Shown: in pieces, positions 60,730 to 64,000 of the stretch
Layout of the letters: each line of letters starts with the position of its first letter
How positions within the stretch are numbered: the stretch's first letter is position 1
Assembly (NCBI RefSeq): GCF_009914755.1
Contig: NC_060939.1
Source: the human T2T-CHM13v2.0 reference genome, Homo sapiens
DNA: 64,000 bases
Reading direction: 5' to 3' (one strand)
The notes under the pieces: generated by a model
What the model was told of the DNA's origin: nothing
The model's database searches: none
Seen by the model: the letters and a program-made list of their open reading frames with translations, nothing else
Translations under genes and position numbers: made by a program

Positions 60730-61944
60730 TGATTTTTTAATCCATCAGAACTGATGTTTTCCAAATATGTAGCTAATTGAATATGTTAATGTATCCTCAC
60801 TGATTTGAAATATCAACTTCATCATATGCAAAATACTTATACACTGCTAGGTCCTGTTGGTTTCTCTCTCTGGTCTCATGCTGGTATTACTATTTTTTGG
60901 AACATGCATTTAACATTTGTTATTAAAAATTTCCAGGAATAACACTATAATCATCCATGTATATTGTGTTAATGTGCAACTATCCAAAATTCTTTTAAAA
61001 AACACTTAAAATTGATGCCATGATATTGTTCATCATCATCTTAAAATTAGATTTGCAAACTCAGCATATAAGAGGCTGCTCCTTCCCACTTTCCATTTAA
61101 AAAATTACTTATTAAGTTTAAATTTACTTATTACTTAAATCCAGTCTATTACATCTTTGCATATTTTTAAGTGTTTGGAAATCACCAGAAATTTAATTCC
61201 AATCAAGTGACAAAGGTGTTTTATGTTCCCATTATGTACTAGGATATGATGTTTGGTGCCGATTACACAGGGAAAAACAGGTGGACACCGATCCTATGAA
61301 GTACTGTACCAACTCGAAATTCTGTCATCAAGTTCAGGGACTCTGGACCCCCTGTTAAGAATCTATGAATAGGAGATTGGATGAGATGAGTCAGAAATGC
61401 AGGTTTGAGGGCATTATCATCCATGGAATGACCGTGGTTATAGGAACTGTGAAAACACATTTCTGTGGGTGGGTGGTGTTTTATTTCTTTCAATCTTTAT
61501 CTCTGCAGTGCTTTCTCAGCGGTTTGTGGATCTCAGAGCTCTCCCCGGCTGGGTTCCAGTCATCTCATTTACAACCCTTTGGATAAGGGCCTTCAGACTG
61601 AAAAAGATTCTGGGAAAAGATATTTTGCCTCCAAAAGTGTTTAGTTGAATGGCAGGCCTCTTATCCTAATTAATGTCAGCATAGAACTTCTGGAATAGCC
61701 TCAAAGTATCATTTATTTTAAAAATTATAACCTTTTCATGTTTTCACATTTCAGATTTGTTACTTTACTGGTTATCTCCTTAAAACGTTTTCCCATCTTT
61801 AGTCAGTCATACTTAAATATTTTTCTACAGAGGGGCAAGCAGGATTTAGGCACACTGTTCCACTACCGATCAACAAAGTACTCATTGTCCTTATTCAGAA
61901 AGCAGTTAAGAACAATGTAAGATCTTTGCTTCTGATTCCTGAAT

Positions 61945-62345
61945 CAGTTAATGCTGCATTAGGTTACAGGTAACAAATAAACCAACTACAATGACATAGA
62001 AAGACTTAGGTTTTTCACATAAGAAACCTCGACAAATACAGGCGAGATCGGGGCAGCTATTAAACCATGAAGGAAATAGACTATCTTTCTGCACCACCAT
62101 CTTCAGCTGTGAAATTTACCCTCATGCTTGCAAGATGGCTGCTGTTGCTCAAAAAACAATGCCTGCAACCCAGGCAGGAACAACAACAAAAAAAAAGTGA
62201 AGGGAAACATTACAGCTGAGCCTGGCTCTGTTAAAAGTCTCTCCAGAAGATCCCCCAGTATTCTCCAGTTAGGGCCTATTGGACAGAATCCTGTCATGTG
62301 GCCATCCTGATGGCAGGGGAGGTTGAGTGACTATCTTAACTGGGT
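61945..62345 (-). mobile_element. Old MLT1 LTR
   Basis: GCAAGATGGCTGCTG; TGTCATGTGGCCATCCT motifs. Confidence 0.55.
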
Positions 62346-62554
62346 ACATTGTTACCATAACAAAATTTGAGCTCTATTGGTAATAAATATGGAGAGAATG
62401 TCACAATTCCTTAGCCAGAGGACACAGTGTGATGCTGGCCTTGGCTCTGGACCACTTTGTATCTTCTTCAAAGCCCATAACTCCAATAATACTGCCCAAA
62501 CCAGAAGGAACAGGCTTGGTATTTTGGAAGCATTCACTAAATCACTCATTCATT

Positions 62555-62862
62555 CTTTTATTTTATTATTATTTTTGAGACAGGGTCTTGATCTATCACC
62601 AAGGCTGAAGTACAGTGGCATGATGACACCTCTTTACAGCCTCGACCTCCTGGGCTCAAGTGATCCTCCCATCTCAGCCTCTGGAGTAGCTAAGACTACA
62701 GGAGTGCACCACCACACCTGGCTAATTTCTTTTTGTATTTTTTATAGAGATGGGGTTTTGCCACGTTGCCCAGGCTGGTCTCAAACTCCTGAACTCGAGC
62801 AATCTGCTTGCCTCAGCCTCCCGAAGTGCTGGGATTACAGGTGGGAACCCCTGCACCTGGCC
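62555..62862 (-). mobile_element. AluJ
   Basis: Antisense Alu; TSD TCATTCTTT. Confidence 0.9.
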
Positions 62863-63451
62863 TCTCATTCTTTAATTTAGCAATTTAATTAACATTTACT
62901 GAGCATCTTCTCTATGCCAGTCATAGGGGAAACGATGAACAAAATACACATGATCCCTGATTTCACTGAGTATCCAGTCCCAAATTTTTAAAAAAATGTA
63001 CAATGGGGCAACATTACCTTAGATTCCATCAAGACAACCAGATTCTGTTTTTAAGCATGAGTATCCTCTTATGGTCAAAAGTTGGTTCTACTTTTACAAA
63101 TAAAAGTGGTCTTGAGCAACTCCACATCCAGCTGACTAGTGTGGAAGCCAAAATTCAGTGTGTAAAGGGCCAATATTAAGTAATAGAGATCAGGGTATTT
63201 AGTTATGTGGAATATTGTTTAGTTCATCAATACTGGCTGGCTTGGCAGGATACAGAGTTACCTAAGAGACAGATCATACAATGCACTTGTTGAGGGCAGG
63301 AGGAGCTGTGCATTAGCCACCTTTACATTCCCAAGTCAACTCAGTGACTGACTCATGATAAGTACCTAGCAGAGTAAATATGTTTGCTGATCTGAACTCA
63401 AAGTTAGATCTTTCTCTACTAGGATGATCAGAATGACATAGAAATTTAAGG

Positions 63452-63743
63452 CAGAGGTCCCCAAACCCCGGGCCGTGGACCTGTACTGGTCAGTGGCCTG
63501 TTAGGAACTGGGCCACATAGCAGGACGTGGGTAGCTGGTGGGTGAGCATTACTGCCTGAGTTCCGCCTCCTGTCAAATCAGCGGCAGCATTCGCTTCTCA
63601 TAGGAGTGCAAACCCTATTGTGAACAGTGCATACGAGGGATCTAGATTGCGCACTCCTTATGAGAATCTAACTAGGATTTTCATGGAAAAAAATTGCCTT
63701 CCATGAAACCAGTCCCTGGTGCCACAATGGTTGGAGACTGCTG
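63452..63743 (+). mobile_element. MER1B (hAT-Charlie) MITE
   Basis: CAGAGGTCCCCAA...TTGGAGACTGCTG; 8-bp TSD ATTTAAGG/CTTTAAGG. Confidence 0.9.
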
Positions 63744-64000
63744 CTTTAAGGTCAAAGTGGACAGCTGGTAATCCCCAATTTTCACATTTTATAGGGCAAA
63801 TGCATTCTTTATGTGCTGTATGTTAAAGTTTCCAAACCAACATGACAAGGCACACTAACACATTTGTTGTTAAAGATGTTAGATGTTAGAGACGTGCTGA
63901 GATCTTTAACCTCTTATCCCCTGGGCAGCACGTCTCATGTCAGTGGGCTACAGAAACTCTACCACTGGCTATATGTGGCATGAGATAAGAAAGGCTTGGT

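Overview
Primate (human-like) genomic DNA, very rich in repeats, with no intact protein-coding gene that I can support. Nearly all ORFs in the track are Alu, SVA, L1 or LTR artefacts. Content: about 45 Alu copies or monomers, one 5'-truncated SVA carrying a short 3' transduction, a 3'-truncated U6 retropseudogene, many solo LTRs (MST, THE1, MLT1/2, MER4/21/39/41/49/50/57/77, LTR33; several nested), an ERVL pol relic, hAT/Tigger DNA transposon fossils (MER1B, MER5, MER33, MER63, MER81, Tigger3a) and L1/L2/L3/MIR fragments. Repeat family names come from recognising consensus sequences by eye; subfamily calls are approximate. Most notable: (1) five exon-like segments at 1.07-4.72 kb whose broken translations resemble, in order, the C-terminal glycosyltransferase (TAGT) region of GREB1-family proteins, possibly the 3' end of a decayed paralog (unverified hypothesis); (2) the SVA 3' transduction; (3) a ~310-bp local duplication that, with an AluJ, interrupts ERVL pol; (4) a perfect STAT GAS site in a MER41 LTR. 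I found no convincing evidence for a new functional biological system.
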